A DNA stretch of 63,118 nt, filler included, from Phoronis australis (GCA_002633005.1; 10 parts of 10 records of this genome joined end to end with filler, not necessarily neighbours in it), one strand, 5' to 3'. Numbered from the whole stretch's first letter, positions 13,083-26,254 are shown. Made by a program: numbers and translations. The notes: a model not told the origin generated them from the letters alone.

Positions 13083-15433
13083 GTATGAATATATGTATGA
13101 ATGTATGTATGAATGTATGTATGAATGTATGTATGAATGTATGTATGCATGGATGTATGTATGTATGTATGTATGTATGAATGTATGGATGTATGTATGA
13201 ATGTATGTATGTATGTGTGTATGTATGTTTGAATGTATGTATGGATGTATGGATATATGTATGTATCTATGAATGTATGTATGTATGTATGGATGGATGG
13301 ATGTATGTATGGATGTGTGTATGTATGAATGCATGTATGGATTTATGGATGTATGTATGTATGAATGTATGGATGTATGGATGTATGTATGAATGTATGT
13401 ATGAATTTATGGATGTACGTATCTATGAATGTATGTGTGTAGGAATTCATGGATGTATGTATGTATGAATGTATGTATGTATGGATGGATGTATGTATGG
13501 ATGTATGTATGTATGAATGCATGTATGGATTTACGGATGTATGTATGTATGAATGTATGTATGTATGGATGTATGTATTAATGTATGTATGAATTTATGG
13601 ATGTATGTATCTATGAATGTATGTATGTATGTATGAATTTATGGATGTATGTATGTATGACTGTATGTATGTATGTATGGATGTATATATGAATGTATGT
13701 ATGTATGTATGTATGTATGGTTGTATGGATGAATGTATGTATGTATGAATGTATGGATGTATGTATGAATGTATGTATGAATATATGTATGAATGTATGT
13801 ATGAATGTATGTATGTATGGATGTATGTATGTATGTATGTATGAATGTATGGATGTATGTATGAATGCATGTATGTATGTATGTATGTGTGTTTGAATGT
13901 ATGTATGGATGTATGGATATATGTATGTATCTATGAATGTATGTATGTATGTATGTATGGATGGATGGATGTATGTATGGATGTATGTATGTATGAATGC
14001 ATGTATGGATTTATGGATGTATGTATGTATGAATGTATGTATGAATATATGTATGAATGTATGTATGAATGTATGTATGAATGTATGTATGTATGGATGT
14101 ATGTATGTATGTATGTATGTATGTATGAATGTATGGATGTATGTATGAATGTATGTATGTATGTNNNNNNNNNNNNNNNNNNNNNNNNNNNNNNNNNNNN
14201 NNNNNNNNNNNNNNNNNNNNNNNNNNNNNNNNNNNNNNNNNNNNNNNNNNNNNNNNNNNNNNNNNNNNNNNNNNNNNNNNNNNNNNNNNNNNNNNNNNNN
14301 NNNNNNNNNNNNNNNNNNNNNNNNNNNNNNNNNNNNNNNNNNNNNNNNNNNNNNNNNNNNNNNNNNNNNNNNNNNNNNNNNNNNNNNNNNNNNNNNNNNN
14401 NNNNNNNNNNNNNNNNNNNNNNNNNNNNNNNNNNNNNNNNNNNNNNNNNNNNNNNNNNNNNNNNNNNNNNNNNNNNNNNNNNNNNNNNNNNNNNNNNNNN
14501 NNNNNNNNNNNNNNNNNNNNNNNNNNNNNNNNNNNNNNNNNNNNNNNNNNNNNNNNNNNNNNNNNNNNNNNNNNNNNNNNNNNNNNNNNNNNNNNNNNNN
14601 NNNNNNNNNNNNNNNNNNNNNNNNNNNNNNNNNNNNNNNNNNNNNNNNNNNNNNNNNNNNNNNNNNNNNNNNNNNNNNNNNNNNNNNNNNNNNNNNNNNN
14701 NNNNNNNNNNNNNNNNNNNNNNNNNNNNNNNNNNNNNNNNNNNNNNNNNNNNNNNNNNNNNNNNNNNNNNNNNNNNNNNNNNNNNNNNNNNNNNNNNNNN
14801 NNNNNNNNNNNNNNNNNNNNNNNNNNNNNNNNNNNNNNNNNNNNNNNNNNNNNNNNNNNNNNNNNNNNNATGTATGGATATATGTATGTATCTATGAATG
14901 TATGTATGTATGTATGTATGTATGGATGGATGTATGTATGGATGTATGTATGTATGAATGCATGCATGGATTTATGGATGTATGTATGTATAAATGTATG
15001 TATGTATGGATGTATGTATGAATGTATGTATGAATTTATGGATTTATGTATCTATGAATGTATGTATGTAGGAATTCATGGATGTATGTATGTATGAATA
15101 TATGTATGTATGGATGGATGTATGTATGGATGTATGTATGTATGAATGCATGTATGGATTTATGGATGTATGTATGTATGAATGTTTGTATGTATGGATG
15201 TATGTATGAATGTATGTATGAATGTATGTATGAATGTATGGATGTATGTATGGATGTATGTATGAATGTATGTATGTATGTATGAATTGATGAATGTATG
15301 TATGTATGTATGTATAAATGAATATATGTATGTATGGATGTATGAATGTATATATGGATGTTTGGATGTATATACATGTATGTATGAATGTATGTATGGA
15401 TGTATGAATGTATGTATGTATGAATGTATTTAT
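13083..15433 (+). repeat. Long complex (ATGT)n satellite with ATGA/ATGG variants, spanning an N gap (14165-14869)
   Basis: Continuous tetranucleotide repeat; it is the source of the MYVC/HTYI pseudo-ORFs. Confidence 0.97.
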
Positions 15434-15434
15434 G

Positions 15435-15626
15435 GGGGTGTATGGAGGATCCAGGGAGGGGTAGTACCTTTGGTGGGGGGCTTGTCGTACTCCTTAGGGG
15501 GTGGCTCGTCCACCTTTGGTCCCCACCTGTCCTCAGCTCTCCCCTGTGGCTCCCAGTAGCTGTGGCATGCGCAGCGGACACACCCCGGGACACCGCTTCA
15601 ACAGGCGGGCTAAACCAGATTGAGGG
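15435..15626 (+). ncRNA. Candidate variant HDV-like ribozyme at the RTE 5' end (expanded L3)
   Basis: P1 GGGGTGT 15435-41 / ACACCCC 15580-86; GG 15587-88; P4 CCGCTT 15593-98 / AGGCGG 15603-08; J4/2 GCTAA 15609-13; P3 GGC 15548-50 / GAC 15577-79 (one mismatch); L3 starts TCC; P2 15537-47 / 15614-26 is imperfect. Confidence 0.5.
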
Positions 15627-16200
15627 TAGCCGACGGGTCTCAAACCCTCGGTGTGTTAGGGACTGCCTAGCCTAGCATGTGAAGACTGGCTCCGACAGAC
15701 TGAGCGGATGAGACCCCCAGTGGTCCAACGGTCAAGACGGCGATTTCAGCAAGCGCCGTGGAGCGCTCAGAGCACGACGAGGCACCAAAGAAGTCATGGT
15801 CATCCACTTCAGCAGGGGTAACCTCCAGCCTTAACAGTTTTCTGTGCCACTGGATCAAGGTTTCCTCAGCCGAGAGAGTGGGATTGCCCCAGTGCAACGG
15901 CTTTACCACTTTAAAAACCATCACGCACAGGTTTGTTGTGTGATTCATCATTTCCGATCAGCACCTTTCAAGTCCTGCGGCGAAACTGCGCGTAGGCGGC
16001 CTTCGGACCAGTGGTCGCTCTTTCTCTGAACCCAGGGCATCAGAGAAGTCCGTTAGCATCCAGGGCTACTTTAGAACAGCACTGCCCACCCTCGCACGAA
16101 CGAGGGGGTTAGAAAAGGTACCCCAAACATTGCTTGCCCCATCAAGTCTGGCCAGCTTGCCGCGGTTGGCAGATCATCCACATGCGGTCGATCAACAAAG

Positions 16201-17279
16201 AACAAAAGAAAACTAATCTTCGGAGCATGGAACGCCCGAACACTGATGGATAGAGACACTGCAGCCAGACCAGAAAGAAGGACTGCACTTGTAGCTAGAG
16301 AACTCCAGCGCTACCGCGTAGACAATGCAGCTCTCAGCGAGACGAGATTCGCTGATGAAGGGTCACTGAAAGAGGAGAAGGGAGGCTACAGATTCTTCTG
16401 GAAAGGGAAACCAGAGGCTGAAGACAAGAATTTATGGAGTAGGATTTGCTATCAGGTCCACCATGTTGAAGAACATCCCTACTCTTCCCACTGGTGTCAA
16501 TGGGCGCCTAATGAAGCTTCGCTTCCCACTGAACAAATCTCGCCACATCACCATCATCAGCGCCTACGCCACAACGCTCACTAGTCCCGAAGAAGTCAAG
16601 GAACGCTTCTACGAAGACTTTGACCAGATCATCAGGACAACTCCCCCGAACGACAAGCTTGTAATCTTCGGAGACTTCAACGCCCGAGTCGGAAATGACA
16701 GCAGTTGGGAAGGTGTGTTGGGACGGCACGGAGTAGGTAAACTCAACAGCAACGGCCTGCTCCTACTAAGTAAATGCGCTGAGCACAACCTGTGTATCAC
16801 CAACCCTATGTTCAGACTAGCAGCCAAGTATAAGACCACCTGGATGCATCCCAGGTCCAAACATTGGCACATGATAGACTTTGTCTTCGTTCGCCAGCGG
16901 GATATGCAGGATGTCAAGATTACCCGGGTAATGAGGGGCGCTGAATGCTGGACAGATCACAGCTAGTGCGATCTCTTTTCAACGTGCACATCGTTCCCCC
17001 GCAGCGCCACAGGCAGAAAATCATCAGGGCATCATTCAACACAGCCAGGTTAAAGCATCCTCTACACCTTCATCGGTTTCAGTATTCTCTGGACGACACG
17101 CTATCAGGCAATACACCACTTGTTGGAACCAGCACTGAGAAATGGGCGCAGTTCAAGGAGGCCGTGACAGAAACCGCAGAGACGGTACTGGGACCGAATC
17201 CCCGGGTGCACCAAGACTGGTTTGATGAAAACGATGAAGCCATTTCTACAACCCTTGATGCCAAGAAGAAAGCCTATGT
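16201..17279 (+). pseudogene. Frameshifted RTE ORF: AP-endonuclease domain and start of linker
   Basis: Motifs GAWNARTL, AALSETR, IISAYA, GDFNARVG, TTWMHPRSKHWHMIDF, CWTDH and QDWFDEND are split over three ORF segments, with frameshifts near 16430 and 16962. Confidence 0.93.
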
Positions 17280-19489
17280 NNNNNNNNNNNNNNNNNNNNN
17301 NNNNNNNNNNNNNNNNNNNNNNNTTAATTAATTAANNNNNNNNNNNNNNNNNNNNNNNNNNNNNNNNNNNNNNNNNNNNAATTTCAAGGGCATGGAGTCT
17401 TCTACATGTTCATGTTATTATTTTTAGTTTTCTCGTGGGGGCAGCTTCGCTATAAGGGTACAGCTTACTGCTGGTTTTTCACAAGACGGAAACGTACCTC
17501 CACGGAAACAGTTCCAGTGTTACCATGGTAACCGATATTGCAGTGTCGGTGCCGTTTTTATTGACATTGATCATGAACCTATCATGTGATATCAAAATTG
17601 TTCAGAAACGATTCTGTTTGAAGCAGAAACTGGAGTAGAAAATTTGGTCAAAAATGACTCATTCCACACCCAGAAATTGCCTCATTTTGCCCCCCAGAAC
17701 TCTTCCCTTGTATCTCCTAAACCACCAAACTTTGTGGTGTCATACTTCACCTATTTTCTCGCATCCCTAATGTGATTTATCCGACTAAACACGGATCTGA
17801 ATGGTTGACCCCCCACCTTGCCGCTTGTTGGCTGTACAGTGGTCGGTGGATCCGTGGACTGATACTTAATCAGTGAAGAAAATTGGTTCTCAAAATTAAG
17901 GCAGGTTATACATGTATCAGACCATTACCTATTTGAATACAGTGAAAGGGAGATTACCAAGATATCAGTGCCAAACCACATACATGTAGTCTCGGATTAT
18001 GACGGGATGGCCTAAGTTTTTCAATTCATTTGAAAGGGAAACCCGTCGAATGTATATTCCATGTCAACTTCACATTCTACAAACATCAGGATTTACTCTT
18101 GTTTTACTGTTCTTCTCAAAAATCGGAATTGTGGTAACAAGTGTTGAAGGTGAGTCACTCTCACCAACACTTCTCATAATTTCAGTGTTGTTGGATACAT
18201 ATTTCATAAACAATTTCGAATGCGGTCCCTATTGATATGTTAGGCTTTAATAACGCATACATATCACTCCTTTCACTTATCTCAATTCAAAATGAGACCG
18301 GGTCTTTTCTAACGAGTTCTCTAAATAACGTTAACTGTGATTAATAGAGGTTTGGGAATACACAACCAAACACGATTTTTCCATTAATTTAATTTACAGC
18401 TGATGTCGTTTTCTTGTACTGTGCACACCTGAAAGTTTCGTTATACGAAGGAAGGAAATTTAAATTAAAACTGTGTCATATGCAGCATACGTTTTCCTAA
18501 AATACTACCCGACACATGTACACAGCATAAGCGCACCGGAATGTCCAAAGGTATATTGTACAACGCTGTAATAGGAATTCCTTTTGTCCCGAAGGTCCTC
18601 GTTTCGAAATGTCAGGCACATTTTTACAGAATATGACGGAAGACGTCCAGGTGTACTTGTATAACTAGAACATAGTTTAACCTTTTACTAGTATCCGGAA
18701 TGAAGAGAGATCATGTTTGGATAAAATTAAACCTGAAGACTTTCCTTGAACATCATGTGTTCACGCCTATTTGACGTTTTATCGACTTTCTCCTATTGGA
18801 ATTGCGGACCAAAGCACACTGAAGAACAGTAGTAATAGCTCGTTGTAACTGGGTGGGATTATAGAGTAATTTGACCGGGAAACCATGGGTGCGAATACGT
18901 CTTTATCGCAAAACGTGGAATTCCCGTGGCGCGAATATTGAAGTTACAAATGTTATTGATGGGCATTGCGCCTGTGTGGGTAAATACCACGAGATTCGGA
19001 TGTTGAAGTGTAATCCGGTGAGGACATATTGTGTAGAATAATTCAAGTCTTAAGATATAATGTGTCTCTGGATGACCATTTTGCCGAATTTCTTGGCGGC
19101 GACGTGATATGAACTAAGAGGTCGCCGGCAGCATCACTTGGCGGCCAGACTGATTATGTTGACCACATTACCGAAACTTTAGGGAACTACTGCGACACTG
19201 ATAGTCTAACATCTTAATTCATTCTTATCCCCAAGTTTTAGGCAAGTCACCATCCTTGTTAAGTCGTCCACATCTTTCTCCAGTATTCGACTGGCCATTT
19301 TCCTACTTTACACTTTGAAGTCCAAGGGATGACACAATTTTAATTCGATGGTTAGAAATTTTCAGTCCAAAGGCTTAATTAAAAGTGCCTGTGCCGGATA
19401 CAGACAGGTTACAAGTACATGTACGTGGATGACTGTTTGATCCTAGTTTGCTCTTCGTAACGTTACCATTAAATTTATCAATGTGAATC

Positions 19490-20000
19490 CCCTTACAAAA
19501 ATGAACTTAAATTTTTCGCTGAAAGTTTTTAGAAAATAACTTAAGTTTTAGAGGAAAACTTAAGTTCTTCCGAAAAACTTAAGTTTTTAAAAGAAACTTA
19601 AGTTTTAAAACTTAAGTTTTTCGCCAAAAACTTAAGTTTTTCAGCACAATATTAAGTTTTTAAGAAAACTTTAGTATTCAGGTGTAAAACTTAAGTTTTC
19701 ACAAGTAAAATTAAGTTTCAAGTAGTAACTTAAGTTTTCATGAAAACTTAAGTTTTTTGTACTAACAAAACTTAAGTTTTCGTGATAACTTATGTTTATG
19801 ACAAAACTTAATTTTTTTGTAATTTTAAAAACATAAGTTCTCCTGACTTCTTAAGTTTTTCGCAAACTTTAGTTTTTCCAATTATAGAAACTTAAGTTTT
19901 CCTGACTTCATAAGTTTTTCAGAAAATTGGATTTTTTCATGTGTGGAAAACTTGAATTTTCTAAAAACTCTAAGGTTTTTATGTGATGAAAATTTACGTT
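19490..20000 (+). mobile_element. Unpaired foldback-type terminus: array of AAAACTTAAGTTTT palindromic subrepeats
   Basis: Starts CCCTTACAAAAATGAACTTAA, the same as the terminus at 20840, and is followed by many ACTTAAGT units. Confidence 0.75.
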
Positions 20001-20839
20001 TTCAAGTTTTTTAAATTTGAATATAGTGAGATATTTAATTTTTGGTTCGAAATTTTCCCATTATTTTCCAACAAAAATTATTGTTTGCTCATGCAAAACC
20101 CATCATCTTATAAAAATGTTGCCCGAATGCTTCCATTTGAACATTTATATAGATACAAACCATGAAACGACGAACGTTTAACCTGGTCAGTACAGCTTTA
20201 GTGCCATTACGTAATGATTATCGCACGTCTTTGTGAATTTAAATGTAGACGAACATCCGGTGACCAACAGCAGTAAGAATGCACCCAATGTTAATCCCCT
20301 GAGACACTGACCTGGTCAGTACAATGTAATCAATAGAACTCATGCAATTCTTAAACGTAGTTATTGTGCAAGTTTCCTTTGTGTTGAGTTGTATTCGTAA
20401 GGCAGTTTCCACCGGAAGTAACAGTTTGAATTTTATAACCGACAGCCAACTTCGAAGAAAAAGTCGTGTGTTGGCAAGCCCATGACAATGAAGTTCATAT
20501 TACTATGAGCAGAGTCAGCAAGAAGACATTTCAGATGTTTTGGAATTCAGGTTGGTGCCAGAGAGCGTTCTAAAGTCGATTGGCCACAATCGGTGGTGTG
20601 ATTTCCAACGAACGTATTAAGTTCAGTTCTTATTGTCAGCGTGTCAGCCACTCACGAGCCACGCTCTCACAAACCGACATGGAATCATTCTGTGTGTGAA
20701 TTATCTTATTACTTCTAATGCGTAATATACTTCTGGAGGTCCATCAGAGGAAACCATAGCGTTCACATTAGGCTATTGTTCTTCTGTCTTCTGAGGTTGT
20801 GTCAGTGTGATCAATGCAAGGGGGGGACTACCAAGGCAA

Positions 20840-23800
20840 CCCTTACAAAAATGAACTTAAGTTTTCAGCAAAAAACTGAAGTTTTTGGTCTGAAAAACTT
20901 ATGTTTTCATTCGCGAAAACTTAAGTTTTTGGCGAAAACTTAAGTATTTTGGAAGAACTTTTTTGGAACAAACTTAAGTTTTCATAACTTAAGTTTTCAA
21001 AAACTTAAAATCTAAAAACTTAAGTATTTCAAAAACTTAAAATTTCTGAAGTTTTAAAAAATTATGTTCGTTCCAAAAAACTTCTTCCAAAATACTTAAG
21101 TTTTTGGAAAACATGAGTTTCAGAAACTTAAGTTTTTGAAAAACTTAAGTTTTAGAACAAGTTTTAGTAAGAAACATAAGTCATAAAGTTTTCCGAACAT
21201 AAGCTTTCAAGGAACTAACTTTTGAAAACTGAAGTTTTTTAAAAGCAATAAGTCTCAATAGGACGGGCATTCAAAAATTTCGATTTTCACTAAAACAAGA
21301 GTGGAGTACAGGAACAAATTTGATGATTCTCAACAAGATTTAACAAACCAGAGTTCTATTAACATTTCATTAACAGTGATCAATTGGAGCAAAGAAAATG
21401 TACTTTCTAAAATACACTAGATCCTTAAAATAAGTGAACATAAGTGAAATATCAAAATCTTAAAAACCAGAAAGATTTCAAAAATCAGTTCATCAAGTGT
21501 CATGCATACAATGTAGTCAAAACTAAATGGGGCTAATAATATATTCATATTTTCATCGTTCTCAGTCTATGACAATTATGCGATAACTGAGGGAGCAAAC
21601 TACATAGCCAGGAAGGACTACAACAAAAGTCTACGTTTCAACAGCACAGACTTTTTCAACTAAAATTACAGCAATGACACCAAGAATAACAAATCACTTA
21701 ATATGCCAAATCCAAGAATATCCACAGAGACAAAAGCATAACATAAAACGTAACAGGTAAGTAAAAGTTTATCGACAATTGCCACAGATCTGATTTTGAG
21801 AAGTACAATCCTTATGATAGAAATAATACCAAGAATCACCTATCATTGTTTTCAACCTGAACAATATCAATTTAAAAGTCAAAGTTTCGTTTTGTTGACA
21901 ATCATAATAACAGTAAATCCAACACACTCCATGGTGCGAACAAGTTTCACTAAAAGTAACCCTTAGTACAACCTGGCTATACGAGATGGAAATTAGAAAA
22001 CTTAGACCGTTGACCACAAAAATATTATATCTCCTTTAATTTAAAGCTACTGAACTTCATACACATACATGTATCTATAGAGCCTTTCATACTAACATCG
22101 ACGTGTTGTTGGGAGTTAATGTCAGTATGAACGCCTTAACTTTGGTCTTGGAAGGAAGTTAACAGAGTCAGTTAACTTCGCACTAAACAGGTGGATTTAA
22201 GTACTTAGGGTCAACGCTGCCACGCAGTGTAAACGATCAACTCCTGTCCTATCGAAGTTATTGCTAGAGGCCACTGTTATCATTAACAATTGCATAGTAG
22301 TGTGATGGCTAATAGTTACTTATACCTTGCTCTAATAATCACCAATCAATTTAAAAATAAGTTTTATGTCAATTAACACATGTAAATGTTTCCAAATTGT
22401 CACATCTTAGCGTGCAGTGCTACCTTGCGATACCTTCGATCACGAAAGTGTCAACTACTGTTTACTTCGAAGATCATTAACTACCGAAGCCAGAATGAAC
22501 AGTCCAGTTAACTTCGCAGTATACATCTACGTCGATGCTACGCTCAGACAAGAGTTACAGCACACATCACGAATTTTTGTCCGACCGGTCGGAAATTGGT
22601 CGACGACCGACCGTCGACCGGTTCGTCTAGCGGACCAGCAGCCGACCAACAACGGTCGGCTGGGAGCCGTCTGCTGAGTCGCCTCTGTGGTCGGCACTTG
22701 GGTCGGCTAAGTGGTCGGCTAGCGTAGATGACCAATTCGGATTAAGCATGTCCTTGGTCAGCAATTACCATTTTATGACTTAGCGGGTGAACTTTGGACA
22801 AACAAACATTTAACTGTTCGCTGTTCGTTTACCAGTGGCAACTCCGGTCTTGACATCGGTTTATCAACTTGTGTTCAACTATTGAATGGAGCTAAAATCG
22901 AATCAACCTACAAATACGAAGTGCGTGACATTACACTAGCCTAAAACTTTATGTAGAATTAATGACGAAGTGGTAAAATCAAACGTTAAGTGATATCGCG
23001 GAAGCATAATTTCTAACTTTAGATATGAGACTTTTTATACAGTACAGTGTGCATAAAGGAATCACGAAATTTGAAATTTACAGTAACATTGCATAAAAAT
23101 CAGAATACAACACTGGATATTTTACGACCTCAAGTGTTTTCATGCCGCGGAATGCTTAACAAGCAGCACTTATTCGCGCTCATCTGTTATTGCTCTTGAT
23201 CATCACTTCACCGCGCTGTATATTGCGCTTTACCGCATATAATTATTGCTTATTTCTGTATAATTTCTTAATATGTTGGTACAGCAATAGAACCCAAGTT
23301 TACTTTAGGAACAACATAAGCAATGGTTTGAACATAGCGCCGATATTAAATCATGGGCGCATGAAAGCGGAAGACTGTGATCATCATTCTGAAATTGTTG
23401 TCACTTTCGCAGAAAAAATCTTTTCGAAACTACAGCCTTCCTATCTATACAGCCAGTTGCATGAAGACTATTTTCAAAATACAGCAAGGTCCCACTGCTT
23501 ATTTAGATCAAACAGACCTCGAAACTTCACACAGCCCGGATAGTTACGCTTGTCACCTCGCCGAAAAGCTTGTATCAACATTAGTTCAAGACCGGCGTGT
23601 GTGCGTACAAAATCTAGAAGTCAATTGGCATTCAAGTTGGCCGTTACGGCCGTTTAAACGAAAAACATCCGACGTCATCTTCTCATGTAATTCTCTGCCT
23701 TTTTTAATGAAAAAACGTATGTCGTCGTTTTGAAAATAGTTCATTGTGAGACACGCGACACTTCGAAAATGTTTTCAACATCTCCCATTATGTAGAGTTG

Positions 23801-26251
23801 TGCATTTTGTTATCAGATTAACGAATTAAACAATGAAAAGTTCATCAAAAAATTGGAATTGTAGTTTATTGCATTTGCCAACAGTTTCATCATTTGATAA
23901 AGAATATTAATTAATTTGTCATAGAACTTGAACGAAAAAGTTACAGAATACGATACCTTGTTAGCCTGAAGTCCAACTTTTAATAACACAATAAGTTTTG
24001 TCATATGCACGGTTTGTTCTAGATTGTAATAGCATAATAGGTGACCATGTGCATGTTTTGTATTCAAGTTGCATAGAATAAAATTGTTTTGAATGTCGCG
24101 AATCCAGGATTAAAACTTCATTCAAAACAGTATGTGGAAAGCTGATCCACTGCGGTGCATGCTTGAAGTAAACTTGCAAACCAGTCTTGCACTTGAATCC
24201 TGGAGAGTAATTGGTTAAATTTTGAGTTTGAACACTATTGTCTAGGCTCTGTATATAAGTCAGGAAGATTTAAAAATCAGTGTTGTATAAACAGCACGAT
24301 AAATATCCAGCCAGTTAAGTTGTCTTATACTGGTAGCTTTTACCTGTCTGTTATTAAAATTTGTTGTCTTCATTGCAGAGTGTGCCTTCAACAATCGTTG
24401 GATAAGGAAGGCTACCTAGACAACACGACGTGCGCACTTACGAACTGCAGTTCATGAACCTATGGGTTCAGTTATCTGAGCTCAGAAACGCGCGTTTGTA
24501 GTCACAAAACATGGATTATTACCAAGTGAAGCTAAACGAGCAGATCTAGCTAAACAAGATTAAGTGGCTTGTGATCTACCCTAGGGCCCTTTCACATTGA
24601 CTTAACTCTTGTCTGGGCGGAGCATCGGCGTATACTGCGAAGTTAACTGGACCGTTCATTCCGGCTTCGGCAGTTAAAGAACTTCGAAGTAAACAGTAGG
24701 TAACGCTGTCGTGATCGAAGTTATCGCAAGGTAGCACTGCAAGCTAAGCTGTGACAACTTGGGAACATTTACATGTGTTAATTGACATAAAACTTATTTT
24801 TAAATTGATTGGTGATTATTAGAGCAAGGGATAAGCAACTATTAGCCATCACACTACTATGCGATTGTGAATGATAACAGTGGCCCCTGGCAATAACATC
24901 GATAGTACCGAAGTTGATAGTTTATACTGCGTGGCAACGTTGACGCTAAGCAATTTAATCCACCTGTTTAGTGCGAAGATAACTGGCGCTGTTAACTTTC
25001 TTCCATGACCGAAGTTTAAGCATTGATACTGACATTAACTCCCAAAATCTTCGACATGTGTATGAAGTTCAGCAGCTTTAAATTAAAGGATAACAAATAT
25101 TTTTGTGGTCAAAGGTCTAAGTTTTCTAATTTCCATCTGGTATAACCAGGTTGTACTGAGGGTTACTTTTAGTGAAACTTGTTCGCACCATGGAGTGTGT
25201 TGGATTTATTGTTTTTATGATTGTCAACAAAACGAAACTTTGACTTTTAAATTGATATTTTTAAGGTTGAAAACAAGTATAGGTGATTCTAAGCACTATT
25301 TCTAGCATAAGTAATGTACTTCCCAAAATCAGACCTGTGGCCATTGTCGATGAACTTTTAGTTACCTGTTACGTTTTATGAAATGCTTTTGTCTCTGCGG
25401 ATATTCTAGGATTTTGCATATTAAGTGATTTGTTGTTCTTGGTGTCATTGCTGTAATTTTAGTTGAAAAGGTCTGCTGTTGAAATGTAGACTATGTAATC
25501 ACATTTTCTTTGGTTGTGTTTCATGATTTGGTAGTGATTTCTCTGTTTGTACATTCCTGGCTCCCTTAGTTAGCGCATAATTGTCATAGAGTGAGAACGA
25601 TGCAAATATGAATATATTATTAGCCTCATTTAGTTTTCACTGCATTGTATGCATGACACTTGATGAACTGATATTTGAAATGTTTCTGGTTTTTGAGATT
25701 TTGATATTTCACTTATGTTCACTTATTTTACGGAACTAGTGTATCTTAGGAAGTGCATTTTATTTTCTGCAATTAATCACTGTTAATGAAATGTTAAAAG
25801 AACTCTAGTTTGTTAAATCTTGATGAAAATCATTAAATTTGTTACTGTACTCAGCTCTTGTTTTAGTGAAAGTCGAAATTTTTGAATGCATGTCCGTTTG
25901 AAACTTATTGCTTTTAGAAAAATTTAGTTGTCAAAAGTTAGTTCCTTGAAAAGTGATGTTCGGAAAACTTAGTTTTCAAAAACTTAAAGCTTTGATGACT
26001 TATGTTTGTTGCTAAAAACTTGTTCCAAAACTTATGTTTTCCAAAAACTAATAAGTATTTTGGAACAAGTTTTTTTGGAACGAACTTAAGTTTTTGAAAA
26101 CTTAAGTTTTCAGAATTTAAGTTTTTGAAAAACTTAAGTTTTCAGAACTTAAATTATGAAAACTTAAGTTCGTTCCAAAATACTTAATTTTTCACCAAAA
26201 ACTTAAGTTTTCGTGAACTTCGATGAAAACTTAAGTTCATTTTTGCAATGG
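20840..26251. mobile_element. ~5.4-kb foldback-like element with ~1.7-kb inverted arms (20840-22557 / 24602-26251) and ~2-kb spacer
   Basis: Termini CCCTTACAAAAATGAACTTAAG / CTTAAGTTCATTTTTGCAATGG. Outer ~300-400 bp are ACTTAAGT subrepeats. The inner arms are reverse complements, e.g. the mirror ORFs 21769-22017(-) and 25105-25305(+), and CCAGTTAACTTCGCAGTATA ~22504 vs TATACTGCGAAGTTAACTGG 24631. Confidence 0.9.
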
Positions 26252-26254
26252 TCG

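Larger units (their letters stand above)
15435..17279 (+). mobile_element. RTE-clade non-LTR retrotransposon, 5' portion (GC-rich 5' UTR, AP-endonuclease and linker), truncated by assembly gap
   Basis: Abrupt switch from the satellite to GC-rich sequence at ~15434, then an APE domain with RTE-typical motifs. Confidence 0.93.

Noticed and set aside
13035-15560. Long MYVC/HTYI ORFs
   Set aside because: Translations of the (ATGT)n satellite and N runs.
19150-19310. Possible RT fragment on the minus strand (GKWP.E..W / NKDGDL)
   Set aside because: Too short and degenerate to support.
21769-25305. Two near-identical ORFs on opposite strands (MVNGLSF/MVKGLSF)
   Set aside because: Mirror images within the non-coding foldback arms, with GTG starts and no domain.
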